From Bacilli bacterium (GTDB lineage: Bacteria; Bacillota_I; Bacilli_A; RF39; UBA660): a stretch of DNA of 64,000 nt. Location: NCBI GenBank assembly GCA_017406955.1, contig JAFQXM010000007.1:80729-144728 (forward strand), written 5' to 3'. The notes below the pieces were generated by a model. It was not told the origin of the DNA, ran no database searches, and was given only the letters and a program-made list of their open reading frames with translations. This document shows, in pieces, positions 39,471-53,277 of the stretch (within the stretch, counting starts at the first letter, position 1; the number at the start of each line of letters is the position of its first letter). The translations under genes were made by a program, and so were the position numbers.

Positions 39471-40340
39471 ATGGAAAATGTATTAGAAAATGTAATAGAA
39501 ACAATAAGAAAAAAAGATGTACTAAAGAGAACAGTGATCTTAATAGTAGCTTTATTTATATCAGCTTTGGTATATAATATATTACTATTACCATTTAATT
39601 TAGTATCAGGAGGAGTAAATGGTATAGGTGTTATTTTTAGATATATGTATCATATAGATCCTTCAGTTATAATATTAGCAGTATTAGTAATTTGCACATT
39701 ATTAAGTTTTATATTTCTAGGTCCAGAAAGAACAGCTGGTACCTTAATAGCATGCATAGTATATCCAGTTTTTGTAGAATTAACATCTCCATTAGCAGAA
39801 AAGTTTGCTTTGCAAACACAAGATATGTTATTAGTATCAATATTTGCTGGAGTATTATTAGGTTTATCCAATGGACTAATATATAAAACAGGATATAGTA
39901 ATGGAGGGCTACAAATAGTTAGTCAAATTTTATATAAATATTTTAATATACAGATATCAAAATCTAATTTAATGATTAATGCTACTATAGTAGTAATAGG
40001 AGGATTATTCTTTGGTTGGACAATGGTAATGTATGCAATAATATTATTATATATTAGTACCATAGTAATAGATAAAGTCTTACTTGGTATATCCAATAAT
40101 AAAGCCTTTTATATCATTACTCATGAAGAGAAAAAAGTAAAAGATTATATAATTAATAGTTTAAATCATAGTGTAACTACTTTTGATGTTAAAGGGGCAT
40201 TTTTAGAAAAGAAAAGAACAGTATTACTAGCAGTTATACCATCAAGAGAGTATTTTAGAGTAACAGAAGGTATAAAACTAATAGATAAAGATGTATTCTT
40301 TGTAGTAACAGATGCCTATCAAGTAGAAGGAGGAAAGTAA
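39471..40340 (+). CDS. YitT family membrane protein (DUF161/DUF2179), tandem paralog
   Basis: Same architecture. The start overlaps the previous stop. Confidence 0.7.
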   Translation: MENVLENVIETIRKKDVLKRTVILIVALFISALVYNILLLPFNLVSGGVNGIGVIFRYMYHIDPSVIILAVLVICTLLSFIFLGPERTAGTLIACIVYPVFVELTSPLAEKFALQTQDMLLVSIFAGVLLGLSNGLIYKTGYSNGGLQIVSQILYKYFNIQISKSNLMINATIVVIGGLFFGWTMVMYAIILLYISTIVIDKVLLGISNNKAFYIITHEEKKVKDYIINSLNHSVTTFDVKGAFLEKKRTVLLAVIPSREYFRVTEGIKLIDKDVFFVVTDAYQVEGGK

Positions 40341-40447
40341 TTAACATAAGTAGACACTTTCCAAATAAAGGTAAGAAAAGTTAATTTAGTTACCTTTTTT
40401 TTTGTCGAAAAATATGGTATACTTATTTATACTAGTGGAGGTATTAT

Positions 40448-41143
40448 ATGGACTTAATTAACTTAAAAAATGTAGAGAAAAAATACAAAAATGGAGTTAC
40501 TGCTATATATGATTTGAGTATATCTCTAAAGAAAGGATCCTTTACTTTTGTTATAGGTGGATCAGGTAGTGGTAAATCTACATTAATTAAGATGTTATAT
40601 AGAGAAGAAAAGCCTACTAAGGGACAAATAAATGTAGGTGGTCTTAATGTTGCTAAATTAAGAAATAAAAAAGTATATAAATTAAGAAGAAAATTAGGAA
40701 TAGTTTTTCAAGATTATAGATTATTGCCAAAGCAAACAGTATATGAAAATGTAGCCTTTGCCATGGAAGTAATTGGAGCTAAAAAAGATGTTATTAGGAA
40801 GAAAGTATTAAGAGCATTAGAAGAAGTAGGATTAAAAAACAAAATACATAATTATCCAGATCAATTATCAGGAGGAGAACAACAAAGAGTTGCAATTGCT
40901 AGAGCGATTGTTAATGATCCTAAATTATTACTATGTGATGAGCCTACTGGTAACTTAGATCCTGAACGTAGTATGGAAATTATGAAAGTATTAGAAGATA
41001 TAAATAAGTCAAGAGGTACTACAATAATTATGGCTACACATGATAAAGATATTGTTAATAGAATGAAAAAGCAAGTTATTACTCTAAAAGATGGACACCT
41101 AGTAGAGTTTAAGAAAAAGGGGGTATATAATGAAATTGTTTAG
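40448..41143 (+). CDS. ftsE: Cell division ATP-binding protein FtsE
   Basis: Walker A GGSGSGKST. ABC signature LSGGEQQRVAIARA. Confidence 0.9.
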   Translation: MDLINLKNVEKKYKNGVTAIYDLSISLKKGSFTFVIGGSGSGKSTLIKMLYREEKPTKGQINVGGLNVAKLRNKKVYKLRRKLGIVFQDYRLLPKQTVYENVAFAMEVIGAKKDVIRKKVLRALEEVGLKNKIHNYPDQLSGGEQQRVAIARAIVNDPKLLLCDEPTGNLDPERSMEIMKVLEDINKSRGTTIIMATHDKDIVNRMKKQVITLKDGHLVEFKKKGVYNEIV

Positions 41144-42029
41144 AATGCTAAAAAGGAGTATAAGAGATGCATTTAAAAGTGCTATAAGAAATTTTAGTTT
41201 ATCACTAGCTTCAATTTCTTGTATTACAATCACTTTAATAATAGTAGCAATTGCTATTATGGCATCACTAAATGTACAAAATTTCACTAAAGTAATAGAA
41301 AAAGACTTAACTATTGTAGTATTTTTAGATAATGAAGCAACTCCAGAAGATGCAGAGTTAGTAAAAAAAGAAATAAAAAATAATTCTAATGTTGAAAGTT
41401 ATACATTCAAATCAAAAGATGAAGTAAAAAAACAAATGCAAGAAGAGTCAGATGTATTTAATACAGTATTAGATGGTTGGGAAGGAAAAGAAAGTCCTTT
41501 AAAAGATACTTTTCAAGTAAAAGTAAAAAAAGTAGAAGATATAGCTAAAACAGCTAATAAAATAAAAGGTATTGAACATGTATCAGTAGTAAGATATGGA
41601 GAAGGAATGGTTGATAAAATGGTAAGTGCATTTTCTTCAATAGAAAAAGCTACTTATATTGTTGTAATAGCATTAGTAGTTGTAACAGTATTCTTAATTA
41701 TTAATACTATTAAATTAACTATTTCTGCAAGAAGAAGAGAAATTAGTATTATGAGATTAGTTGGAGCTAGTAACTTTACAATAAAAACACCTTTTATTAT
41801 TGAGGGAATGATTTTAGGATTATTTGGATCAATTGTACCAGTAATATTTACAACATATGGTTATTTAGCTTTTTATAATCACTTTGATGGACATTTATTC
41901 TCAGATTTAATAAGACTAATAAAACCAGAACCATTTATTTATAATACTTCAGTAGTAGTAGTTATAATTGGTATATTAGTAGGTATGGTTGGTAGTGCCG
42001 GTGCTGTAAGGAAGTATTTGAAGATATGA
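41130..42029 (+). CDS. ftsX: Cell division permease FtsX
   Basis: Four-TM topology with a large extracellular loop. Overlaps ftsE. Confidence 0.85.
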   Translation: MKLFRMLKRSIRDAFKSAIRNFSLSLASISCITITLIIVAIAIMASLNVQNFTKVIEKDLTIVVFLDNEATPEDAELVKKEIKNNSNVESYTFKSKDEVKKQMQEESDVFNTVLDGWEGKESPLKDTFQVKVKKVEDIAKTANKIKGIEHVSVVRYGEGMVDKMVSAFSSIEKATYIVVIALVVVTVFLIINTIKLTISARRREISIMRLVGASNFTIKTPFIIEGMILGLFGSIVPVIFTTYGYLAFYNHFDGHLFSDLIRLIKPEPFIYNTSVVVVIIGILVGMVGSAGAVRKYLKI

Positions 42030-43234
42030 TGAAGAAAGTAGTAGTAATAGTTATAGTTTTATCGCTTATAGTATCTTATACAATACTACCTATAGATACT
42101 AGTGCTAAAACTATAAGAGAATTTGAAGCAGAAGTTGCTAAATATACTTCTGAGTTAGAAGCTAAAAAGAATAAAGTAGCTAAAAATGATAAAGAAGTAG
42201 CAACTATTAAAGAAAAAATAAAAAGTATCGAAGGTCAAATAACAAAAGCAGAACAGGATATTAAAAACTTACAAAAAGAAATAGATGAAAGTAATAAAAA
42301 AATAAAAGAAAAGAAAGCAGAAAGTAAAAAGATAATGGAATATTATCAAATATCTAATGGAGAAAATGTTTATTTAGAATATGCTTTTGGGGCTACAAGT
42401 ATTACTGATATGATATATAGAATGTCAGTAGTGGAACAATTAACTGAATATAATGATAAAGTAATGAAAGAACTTGATCAGTTAATCAAAAGGAATGAAC
42501 AGAGTCAAAAAAATCTAGCATCTAAAAAAGAAGAATTAGGAAAACTAAAGAAAGATCTTAATAGTGAAAAAGAAAAAATAAATGCTGATACAGCTTCATT
42601 AAAAGCGGCTATGCCAGGTTTAGAAGAACAAATAAAAGCAGCTAAACAACAAATCCAAGATTTAAAGAGAATGGGTTGTGGAACTAATGAATCAGTACAA
42701 AGTTGTACAGCTAGATACTATGCAAGATTTGTACCACAAGCATCAAGCGGAAGCTATAGTGGTGGAGGAGGAGCAATTTCTACACCAAGTGCTAATGGTT
42801 TCTATAGACCAATAGAATACGGATATTTAACTCAAGGATATAGAGGATCAGCTCATATGGGAGTAGATATCTCAAGTAGTAACAAAACAATTACAATATA
42901 TCCGATAGCTTCTGGACAGGTAAGTGCTAAATACTATGACTATTATGGAGCCCTAGTATTAAAGATTAGACATAATGTTGGAGGTAGAATTATTTATTCA
43001 ACTTATGCTCATCTTAGTAGTTGGTCAGTTAGTGTAGGACAAAATGTAAGTGCTGCTACACCAATTGGAAGAATGGGTAGTACTGGATATTCAACAGGTC
43101 CACATCTTCACTTAGAAGTAACTTCTTGTGATTGGAAATCTGCAGGTGGTGGTTGTACTTGGGCACAATATCAAAGAAGTACTATGAATCCTGCTAGTTA
43201 TGTATCATTCCCAAGTAGTTGGAGTAACAGATAA
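42026..43234 (+). CDS. Coiled-coil M23 peptidoglycan hydrolase, FtsEX-associated (PcsB/CwlO/EnvC-like)
   Basis: Signal peptide, long coiled coil, and C-terminal M23 domain (GPHLHLEV). Confidence 0.8.
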   Translation: MMKKVVVIVIVLSLIVSYTILPIDTSAKTIREFEAEVAKYTSELEAKKNKVAKNDKEVATIKEKIKSIEGQITKAEQDIKNLQKEIDESNKKIKEKKAESKKIMEYYQISNGENVYLEYAFGATSITDMIYRMSVVEQLTEYNDKVMKELDQLIKRNEQSQKNLASKKEELGKLKKDLNSEKEKINADTASLKAAMPGLEEQIKAAKQQIQDLKRMGCGTNESVQSCTARYYARFVPQASSGSYSGGGGAISTPSANGFYRPIEYGYLTQGYRGSAHMGVDISSSNKTITIYPIASGQVSAKYYDYYGALVLKIRHNVGGRIIYSTYAHLSSWSVSVGQNVSAATPIGRMGSTGYSTGPHLHLEVTSCDWKSAGGGCTWAQYQRSTMNPASYVSFPSSWSNR

Positions 43235-43235
43235 A

Positions 43236-43265
43236 AAAAGTACCTATCATAGGTACTTTATTTTT
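43236..43265. terminator. Bidirectional hairpin terminator
   Basis: AAGTACCTAT-cat-AGGTACTT flanked by A- and T-runs. Confidence 0.55.
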
Positions 43266-44512
43266 TATTTATCTTTATTAAAATTTTTAAATAACCCATA
43301 AGCAAAGTTATTTAATACTATATCAAATTCTCCTATATATTCAGTTATTATAGAATTAAATCCTAATTTAGCCTCATTTAATCCGCTATATTTATTTTTC
43401 TTTTCAAATTCTCCAACTACAGCATTAAGATTTAAATATTTATACCCCTTTTTATTGTATAAATCAATCATTTTCCATTTCAATAAATAATTAGCATTCA
43501 AATAACTATATTCTTTATTGAAACCATCTATTACTATATGAGCAGAATTGTCAAAATTGATAACTAAAGCTCCAGCAATCTTCATTCCTTGTGGATATTT
43601 TTTTAATAGTTCAGTAGCCTTTACCAAACTGTTTTTATATACATTTAGTAATCTATCAGAATTCATTTTTTTATTTAATATATTGTTTCTTTCTTCAATG
43701 CTTAAATCAGGATTCTGAATCATATATGCCATATTATCATTATCTGCCATTTCTTTTTCATATAGTTTTCTACTATTAATAACAAATATTTCTGTATTTA
43801 TTTTAGCATAGAAAACATCTATATCATCACCATAAGCTTTTACTAATTCTTCATAAAATTTTATTGGTTTTAAGGTTTTTCTTTTAACAAATTCATATAA
43901 AACCTTAATATTTTTAGTTTTATCTACATATACTTCTACACCAGAATTGATAGCTTTCCTAATTTTGTGTCTAGTTCTTTTGTCAAAACCTGCAAAAATA
44001 GCTCTTAAGTCTTTATTTAATACTGTTATGGCTTCCCATCTAGGTTTTTCATCATTAAAGTATTTAGTTTTACCCTTATAATTAAATCCAGAACTTTTTA
44101 GATTAGCCATTATTAAATCAGTTTGATTATTAAAATTAATTATATTTCCCTTATTATCTCTAATAGTTAAAGGTATATATGGATCCATTCGTAAAAGCAT
44201 TATACCTTTTTTACTAAGAGTTTTTTTGATTAATTCAACCATCTCAGCAACTTGATCTGTTTTTTCATAATTAAATAGAATTCCTCTAGGAGCATATGCA
44301 ATTTTATAATTCATAAAAGCTTGTTTATATAATAGCAATGTTGCGCCAATTAATATATGATCATCATTTACAATACCTAAATATTGAGTACTATAATCAA
44401 AATTCTGCATGAAATGACCATAAGCAGTAGTTTGATAATAACTCTTATACTTATGTTTATGCGCAAATTTATTAAATTGTTCAGCTTTAAGTGAAACTAC
44501 TCTCATAAGCAT
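43265..44512 (-). CDS. FemAB-family peptidoglycan interpeptide-bridge aminoacyltransferase
   Basis: 415 aa. FemAB-like N-terminus (AEQFNKFAHKHKYKSYYQTTAYGHFMQ). Coiled-coil insert. Confidence 0.7.
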   Translation of the reverse strand: MLMRVVSLKAEQFNKFAHKHKYKSYYQTTAYGHFMQNFDYSTQYLGIVNDDHILIGATLLLYKQAFMNYKIAYAPRGILFNYEKTDQVAEMVELIKKTLSKKGIMLLRMDPYIPLTIRDNKGNIINFNNQTDLIMANLKSSGFNYKGKTKYFNDEKPRWEAITVLNKDLRAIFAGFDKRTRHKIRKAINSGVEVYVDKTKNIKVLYEFVKRKTLKPIKFYEELVKAYGDDIDVFYAKINTEIFVINSRKLYEKEMADNDNMAYMIQNPDLSIEERNNILNKKMNSDRLLNVYKNSLVKATELLKKYPQGMKIAGALVINFDNSAHIVIDGFNKEYSYLNANYLLKWKMIDLYNKKGYKYLNLNAVVGEFEKKNKYSGLNEAKLGFNSIITEYIGEFDIVLNNFAYGLFKNFNKDK

Positions 44513-44615
44513 TCTCCTATCTTAGAATATTATAACATATATTTTAAGTTTGTTTCAATAATTAAATTAGGTGTTCAAAATATTTTTTTTATAGTATAAT
44601 TATATTGGTGATAGA

Positions 44616-47187
<2,572 letters not shown>

Positions 47188-47223
47188 TTGACATATTATA
47201 ATAATTATATTATTATATAAGCA

Positions 47224-47425
47224 GTTAAAGCGAAGGAAAGAGTATAGTATTATTAGCTCTTATATCAGTGAGTTAAGGATAGTGTGAACTTAATAATAAT
47301 CTAATAATATTCCAGACTTTCTAGTGATTTATATCCGGTTAATTACCGTTATCAAGAAAAGTAAAAGTAAGGATGGTACCGTGCTATGCACGCCTTTAGG
47401 TATCATTCTTTTTATATTTAGGAGG
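47224..47425 (+). ncRNA. T-box riboswitch leader of proS
   Basis: Promoter TTGACA-17-TATTAT at 47188-47216. T-box motif AAGGATGGTACCGTGCT. T-rich tract before the proS RBS. Confidence 0.6.
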
Positions 47426-47431
47426 AATTAT

Positions 47432-49096
47432 ATGAAGTTAAAAAATAGTTATTTCTTTACTAAAAGAGAAAATGTAAAAGATGAAGAATCAGTAAGTGCT
47501 AATTTATTAGTTAGAGCTGGTATGATTAAAAAAGTAGGTAGTGGGATTTATTCTTTCTTACCTTTAGGACTAAGAGTTTTTAGAAAAATAGAAAAAATAG
47601 TACGTGAAGAGATGGATAATGCAGGTGCTCAAGAATTAGTTATGCCTTCATTATTACCTGAAAGCTATTATATAGATAGTGGTAGAAGAGAAACTTTTGG
47701 AGAAAGCATGTTTTCTTTAAAAGATAGATCTATGAGAGATTATGTTTTAGGACCTACTCATGAAGAATTATTTGTAGAAGCGGCTAAAGAAGTAATAAAA
47801 TCATATAAAGATATGCCTATTAATATATATCAAATGGCTAATAAGTATAGGGATGAACCTAGAAGTAGATATGGTTTAATTAGAACTCGTGAATTTGTTA
47901 TGAAAGATGCTTATTCTTTTGATAAAGATATGGATGGATTAGATAAATCATATGATATTATGTTTGATGCTTATAAAAAGATATTTGATAGAATGAATCT
48001 AGATTATAGAGTAGTAAAAGCATCTAGCGGAGTAATGGGCGGATTATTATCAGAAGAATTCCAAGCTATTACTGATATAGGAGAAGATGTAGTTATATTC
48101 TGTGATAAGTGTGGTTTAGCTACTAATGAAGAAATATGTGAATGTAAGAGTGAAGAAGCGGATAATAACGAGGAAAAGAAATCTAAAGAACTATTAGAAA
48201 CACCTAATTGTGGTACTATAGATGAATTAGTAGACAAATATAATTTTGATCCTAAGAAGTTAACTAAAACTTTAGTATATAAGGCAGATGATAAGTTCTA
48301 TGCAGTAATGGTTAGAGGAGATAGAGAAGTTAATGAATATAAATTACAAAAACTATTAGGATCTAAATCTTTATCATTAGGAACACAAGAAGAAGATGAA
48401 GAAGTTACAGGAGCTAAAGTAGGTTTTGCTGGACCTATAGATTTAGATGTAGATGTTATTGTTGATAATGAAGTATTAAATATGAGAAACTTCTTAGTAG
48501 GAGCTAATAAAGATAATTATCACTATATAAATGTTAATTTAGAAGACTTTAAATACAGTAAATCTGGTGATATTAGAAATGTATCTAGTGATGATGTTTG
48601 TCCAAATTGTGGAAGCAAACTAGAATTTAAACGTGGTATCGAAGTAGGTAATACATTTAAATTAGGAACTAAATACTCAGAAGCTATGAATCTTTATTTT
48701 ACAGATGAAGATAATAAATTAAAACCTGTATATATGGGTTGTTATGGAATAGGTATTGCTAGAATACTATCTGCTATAGTAGAACAAAATAATGATGAGA
48801 ATGGTATTATATTCCCTGATGTAGTTGCCCCTTATGATATGGCTATTGTAGTAGTTAATTCTAAGGATGAAGAGCAAAATAAAGTTGCAGAAGATTTATA
48901 TAATAAATACAAATCTAAAGGATTAGAAGTATTACTTGATAATAGAGATGTTATGGCAGGAGTTAAATTCAAAGATATGGATTTAATTGGAATACCAAAA
49001 ACTATTATAGTTGGTAAAAATATTAAAGATAATAAAGTTGAATGTAAAATTAGAAAAACTGGAGAAAAGTCAGAAGTTTTACTTTCAGAAATTTAG
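47432..49096 (+). CDS. proS: Proline--tRNA ligase
   Basis: Class II aaRS motifs (LGPTHEE; RDEPRSRYGLIRTREFVMKDAYSF). Start placed at the ATG after GGAGGA; the track ORF extends upstream through the leader. Confidence 0.9.
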   Translation: MKLKNSYFFTKRENVKDEESVSANLLVRAGMIKKVGSGIYSFLPLGLRVFRKIEKIVREEMDNAGAQELVMPSLLPESYYIDSGRRETFGESMFSLKDRSMRDYVLGPTHEELFVEAAKEVIKSYKDMPINIYQMANKYRDEPRSRYGLIRTREFVMKDAYSFDKDMDGLDKSYDIMFDAYKKIFDRMNLDYRVVKASSGVMGGLLSEEFQAITDIGEDVVIFCDKCGLATNEEICECKSEEADNNEEKKSKELLETPNCGTIDELVDKYNFDPKKLTKTLVYKADDKFYAVMVRGDREVNEYKLQKLLGSKSLSLGTQEEDEEVTGAKVGFAGPIDLDVDVIVDNEVLNMRNFLVGANKDNYHYINVNLEDFKYSKSGDIRNVSSDDVCPNCGSKLEFKRGIEVGNTFKLGTKYSEAMNLYFTDEDNKLKPVYMGCYGIGIARILSAIVEQNNDENGIIFPDVVAPYDMAIVVVNSKDEEQNKVAEDLYNKYKSKGLEVLLDNRDVMAGVKFKDMDLIGIPKTIIVGKNIKDNKVECKIRKTGEKSEVLLSEI

Positions 49097-49151
49097 TTGC
49101 ATAAACTCTTATTTCATGTTAAAATAATATGCAGTTATATGGAGGTGCTTT

Positions 49152-49370
49152 ATGGAAGTAGCATTACTAATCATATCAATTTTATTAATAGTTATAGTGC
49201 TTTTACAAAGTGCTAAAGCAGAAGGTGCTGCTCAAATAATATCTGGTAGTACATCTGATTTATTTACAAATAGAAAAGAAAGAGGTTCTGAATTATTTGT
49301 TAGTAGACTAACTTTAGCTTTAGGACTTGCATTCTTTGGTATTTGTTTAGTATCAATGTTTATAAAATAA
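49152..49370 (+). CDS. secG: Preprotein translocase subunit SecG
   Basis: 72 aa, two TM helices, LLQSAKAEGAAQIISGS. A terminator hairpin follows. Confidence 0.75.
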   Translation: MEVALLIISILLIVIVLLQSAKAEGAAQIISGSTSDLFTNRKERGSELFVSRLTLALGLAFFGICLVSMFIK

Positions 49371-49430
49371 GAGCTTTAGCTCTTTTTTTTCTTGTCAAAA
49401 TAAAGTATAATATAATAGAAGGTGATACTA

Positions 49431-51533
49431 ATGAAGGACTATATAATTAATGTTTTAAAAAATAGTGATAAAGCTTTAACTATTTTTGAATTACAAGATA
49501 AACTTAATTTAAAAGAAGTAGAAGAAATAAGGGAACTTGGCAATTTATTAAGAGAGTTAGAAAAAGAAACAATAATATATCATACAAATAAAGATCGTTA
49601 TATGATGCTTGAAGATAGTCAATTAAAAAAAGGTATTATGAGAGCTAATAAAAAAGGTTTTGGTTTTGTAGAAGTAGAAAATTCAGAAGATGATATTTAT
49701 GTTGCGCAGGAAGATATGAATGGTGCTTTACATGATGATGAAGTGCTAGTAGAAATTACTAGTAAAAAAAATATTGATCGATTAGAAGGTAGAATTCTAA
49801 AAGTAATCAAGAGAAGAGAAAACAGATACATTGGAGAAATTAATTTTAAAGATGATATAGGTTATATAACTTTAGATGATAATAAATTAAAACTAGAAAT
49901 CAAAATACCTAAAGAAGACTCTATGAATACAGTAGATGGACATAAAGTAGTTGTAGAATTAGGTAAAAAAATAAATAATAGTAGTTATTATGGTAGGATA
50001 GTAGATATCATTGGACACAAAAATGATCCAGGAGTAGATATTTTATCCGTTGTTTATAAATATAACATTAATACAGAATTTTCAGATGATGTTAAAGAAG
50101 AATTAAAAACTATTCCTAATGAAGTTAAAGAAGAAGACCTTGTAGGAAGAAGAGATTTAAGAGATGAAGTCATATTTACTATAGATGGTGATGATACTAA
50201 AGATATAGATGATGCTATATCCATTGAAAAATTAAACAATGGTAATTATAAATTAGGAGTACATATTGCAGATGTATCTTACTATGTAAAAGAAGGATCT
50301 CCACTAGATGATGAAGCAATGGAAAGAGGTACAAGTGTTTATTTAGTTGATAGGGTTATACCAATGCTCCCACATGAATTATCTAATGGTATATGTTCAC
50401 TTAATCCAAATGTAGATCGTTTAGCAATCTCTTGTGTTATGGAGTTTGATGCTAATGGTAAACAACTTAATTATGAAATATCCCCAAGTGTAATTAAGTC
50501 TAGAATCCAAATGACTTATAAAAAGGTTAATAATATTTTAGAAGATAATAAAGTACCAGAAGGGTATGAAGAATACGAAAAAGATTTAAGAATAATGTTA
50601 GAACTTGCTCATATTTTAAGAAAAGAAAAAGTTAGTAGAGGATATATTGATTTTGAAGTAGATGAAGCTAAAATTTTAGTAGATGAAGAATGTAAACCTA
50701 CTGAAATCACTTTAAGAGAAAGAGGAGAAGGAGAAAAATTAATAGAAGACTTCATGATCGCAGCGAATGAATGTGTTGCGTCTCACATATATTTCATGAA
50801 TTTACCATTCATATATCGTGTACATGAAGTGCCTAAAGAAGAAAAACTAAGAGATTATTTAACGTTTGTATCTAGTTTAGGTTATACAGTTACTGGAGAT
50901 ATAAAAAGTTCAGATCCTAAATCAGTACAAAATATTATTAAACAACTAGAAGATAAACCTGAATTTAAAATATTATCTAGTTTACTTCTAAGAAGTATGC
51001 AAAAAGCAGTATATAAACCAGAGAATTTAGGTCATTATGGACTTGCAAGTAAATGCTATACTCATTTCACCTCTCCAATAAGAAGATATCCAGATACAAC
51101 GGTTCATAGATTGTTAAGGACATATTTGTTTGATGGAAAAATAGATATGCCAACAATAAGAAAATGGGAAGAAAAACTTGTATATATTGCTGAACATTCT
51201 TCATCACGTGAAAGAGCTAGTGTTGACTGCGAAAGAGAAGTAGAAGACATGAAAATGGCAGAATATATGGAAGATCATATTGGAGAAGAATTTGAAGGAA
51301 TGATCTCATCAGTTACTAATTTTGGTATGTTTGTAGAATTAGATAATTTAATAGAAGGTTTAGTGCCACTTAGAGATATGAAAGACTTTTTTCACTTTGA
51401 TGAGACAACTATGTCATTAGTAGGTGAAAGAAGTAAAGTTAAATATCAAATCGGTGAAAGAGTAAAAGTAAAAGTAGTTAGAGCTTCAAAAGAAGAAAAG
51501 ATTATAGATTTCGAGGTAGTAAGGAAGGTGTAG
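49431..51533 (+). CDS. rnr: Ribonuclease R
   Basis: RNB domain motifs (DIDDAIS; YLVDRVIPMLP). C-terminal S1 domain. Confidence 0.9.
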   Translation: MKDYIINVLKNSDKALTIFELQDKLNLKEVEEIRELGNLLRELEKETIIYHTNKDRYMMLEDSQLKKGIMRANKKGFGFVEVENSEDDIYVAQEDMNGALHDDEVLVEITSKKNIDRLEGRILKVIKRRENRYIGEINFKDDIGYITLDDNKLKLEIKIPKEDSMNTVDGHKVVVELGKKINNSSYYGRIVDIIGHKNDPGVDILSVVYKYNINTEFSDDVKEELKTIPNEVKEEDLVGRRDLRDEVIFTIDGDDTKDIDDAISIEKLNNGNYKLGVHIADVSYYVKEGSPLDDEAMERGTSVYLVDRVIPMLPHELSNGICSLNPNVDRLAISCVMEFDANGKQLNYEISPSVIKSRIQMTYKKVNNILEDNKVPEGYEEYEKDLRIMLELAHILRKEKVSRGYIDFEVDEAKILVDEECKPTEITLRERGEGEKLIEDFMIAANECVASHIYFMNLPFIYRVHEVPKEEKLRDYLTFVSSLGYTVTGDIKSSDPKSVQNIIKQLEDKPEFKILSSLLLRSMQKAVYKPENLGHYGLASKCYTHFTSPIRRYPDTTVHRLLRTYLFDGKIDMPTIRKWEEKLVYIAEHSSSRERASVDCEREVEDMKMAEYMEDHIGEEFEGMISSVTNFGMFVELDNLIEGLVPLRDMKDFFHFDETTMSLVGERSKVKYQIGERVKVKVVRASKEEKIIDFEVVRKV

Positions 51534-51534
51534 T

Positions 51535-52713
51535 ATGGCCAAAAGAAAAGTTAGAAGAGTGAAAAGAAAAGTAAAAGTATTTTTAGTAATTAGTATTTTA
51601 CTTATAGTAGTAGGTATCTTTTTACAAATTACTAGCTTTTCTAAAGAAGATAAAAAAGATTCTAAGAAAGTAGTAAAAAAAGAAAAACCTAAAGATTATG
51701 AAATTAAAATGTTAATGGTAGGAGATGCTTTAATACATAGTGGAGTTTATATAGATGCTAAGGGGAGTGATGGATCATATAACTTTAAACCTATGTTAGA
51801 ACAAATAAAGCCAATATCTACAAAGTATGATTTATCTTATTATAATCAAGAAACAGTACTTGGAGGAACAGAATTAGGACTTTCTAGTTATCCTAGATTT
51901 AATTCCCCATACGAAGTAGGAGATGCTTTTATTGATGCTGGTTTTAATGTAGTGTCTCTTGCTACTAATCATACTATGGATAAAAATGAAGAAGGAGTTC
52001 TAAATTCAGTTGCCTATTGGAAGAAGCAAAAGAATATTGTAACTAGTGGGCAATGGAGTTCAGAAGAAGAAAGAAATAAAGTAAGAACATATGAAAAAAA
52101 TGGTATTAAGTACGCATTTTTCTCATATACTACTTGGACTAACGGATTAGAAACTCCTGTAGGTAAAGAATATTTAAATAATGTCTATAGTGAAGAAAAA
52201 GCAAAAGAAGATATAGAAAAAGTAAGAGATAAAGTGGATGTAGTTATTGTCGCAATGCACTGGGGAACAGAATATTCCTTAGGAGTTAGTGAAGAGCAAA
52301 CAAAAATCGCTAATTATTTATCCGATTTAGGAGTAGACTTAATAGTAGGAGCTCATCCACATGTAGTAGAACCAGTTGAATATATTAATGATAATAAAAC
52401 CTTTGTAATATATTCATTAGGTAATTTTATATCTGATCAAGAAGGAACAGAAAGACTTACTGGTCTTATGATGGAAGTTACTATTAAAAAACATGTTGAT
52501 AAGAAAAAGAAAACCACTGTAAAAATAGATAATCCTAAAGCTGAACTTATATATACTAAATCTAATATGGGTAGTAAAAAAGACTTTAAAGTATACCCAT
52601 ATCCTGAATTAAACAATACTTTACTTCCAAACTATATGAGTTTTTATGCCCAATACAAAACAGTAGTAAGCGAAAGATATCCAGATATAACATGGGGACT
52701 TACAGAGGAGTGA
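51535..52713 (+). CDS. CapA/PgsA-family metallophosphatase (poly-gamma-glutamate / capsule biosynthesis-like)
   Basis: N-terminal [10 protein letters not shown] and GAHPHVVEP metallophosphatase motifs. Confidence 0.65.
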   Translation: MAKRKVRRVKRKVKVFLVISILLIVVGIFLQITSFSKEDKKDSKKVVKKEKPKDYEIKMLMVGDALIHSGVYIDAKGSDGSYNFKPMLEQIKPISTKYDLSYYNQETVLGGTELGLSSYPRFNSPYEVGDAFIDAGFNVVSLATNHTMDKNEEGVLNSVAYWKKQKNIVTSGQWSSEEERNKVRTYEKNGIKYAFFSYTTWTNGLETPVGKEYLNNVYSEEKAKEDIEKVRDKVDVVIVAMHWGTEYSLGVSEEQTKIANYLSDLGVDLIVGAHPHVVEPVEYINDNKTFVIYSLGNFISDQEGTERLTGLMMEVTIKKHVDKKKKTTVKIDNPKAELIYTKSNMGSKKDFKVYPYPELNNTLLPNYMSFYAQYKTVVSERYPDITWGLTEE

Positions 52714-52717
52714 TAAA

Positions 52718-53155
52718 ATGGAAATCTTAAATAGAAAAGCTAAACATGATTATTTTATAGAAGAAACATATGAAGCAGGTATTGCTCTTACAGGTACTGA
52801 GATTAAATCTATAAGAGAAGGTAGTTGTAATATAAAAGATTCTTATGGAATAGTAAAAAAAGGTGAAGTATATTTACTTAATATGTTTATAGGACAATAT
52901 AAACAAGGTAATATATTTAATCACGAAGAAACTAGAAGTAGAAAATTATTACTTCATAAAAATGAAATTAAAAAAATAGAAAAAGCTAAAGAAGAAAAAG
53001 GATTAACTTTAATACCTTTAAAACTATATTTTAAAGATAATAAATTAAAAGTATTACTTGGAGTATGTAGAGGTAAAAAAGATTATGACAAAAGAGAATC
53101 TTTAAAACAAAAAGATATAAAAAGAGAAGTTGCTAGAAATTTAAAGAATTTCTAA
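52718..53155 (+). CDS. smpB: SsrA-binding protein
   Basis: [22 protein letters not shown]. 145 aa. Immediately upstream of ssrA. Confidence 0.9.
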   Translation: MEILNRKAKHDYFIEETYEAGIALTGTEIKSIREGSCNIKDSYGIVKKGEVYLLNMFIGQYKQGNIFNHEETRSRKLLLHKNEIKKIEKAKEEKGLTLIPLKLYFKDNKLKVLLGVCRGKKDYDKRESLKQKDIKREVARNLKNF

Positions 53156-53277
53156 CAACTTTTTATATAGATTAAATTATAAAATATGTATTAATAATAC
53201 AAAAATTATTATTTAAATATATATAATATAAATTGGTATAGATTTTTATTTAATTATATGTTATAATCTATGCACAT

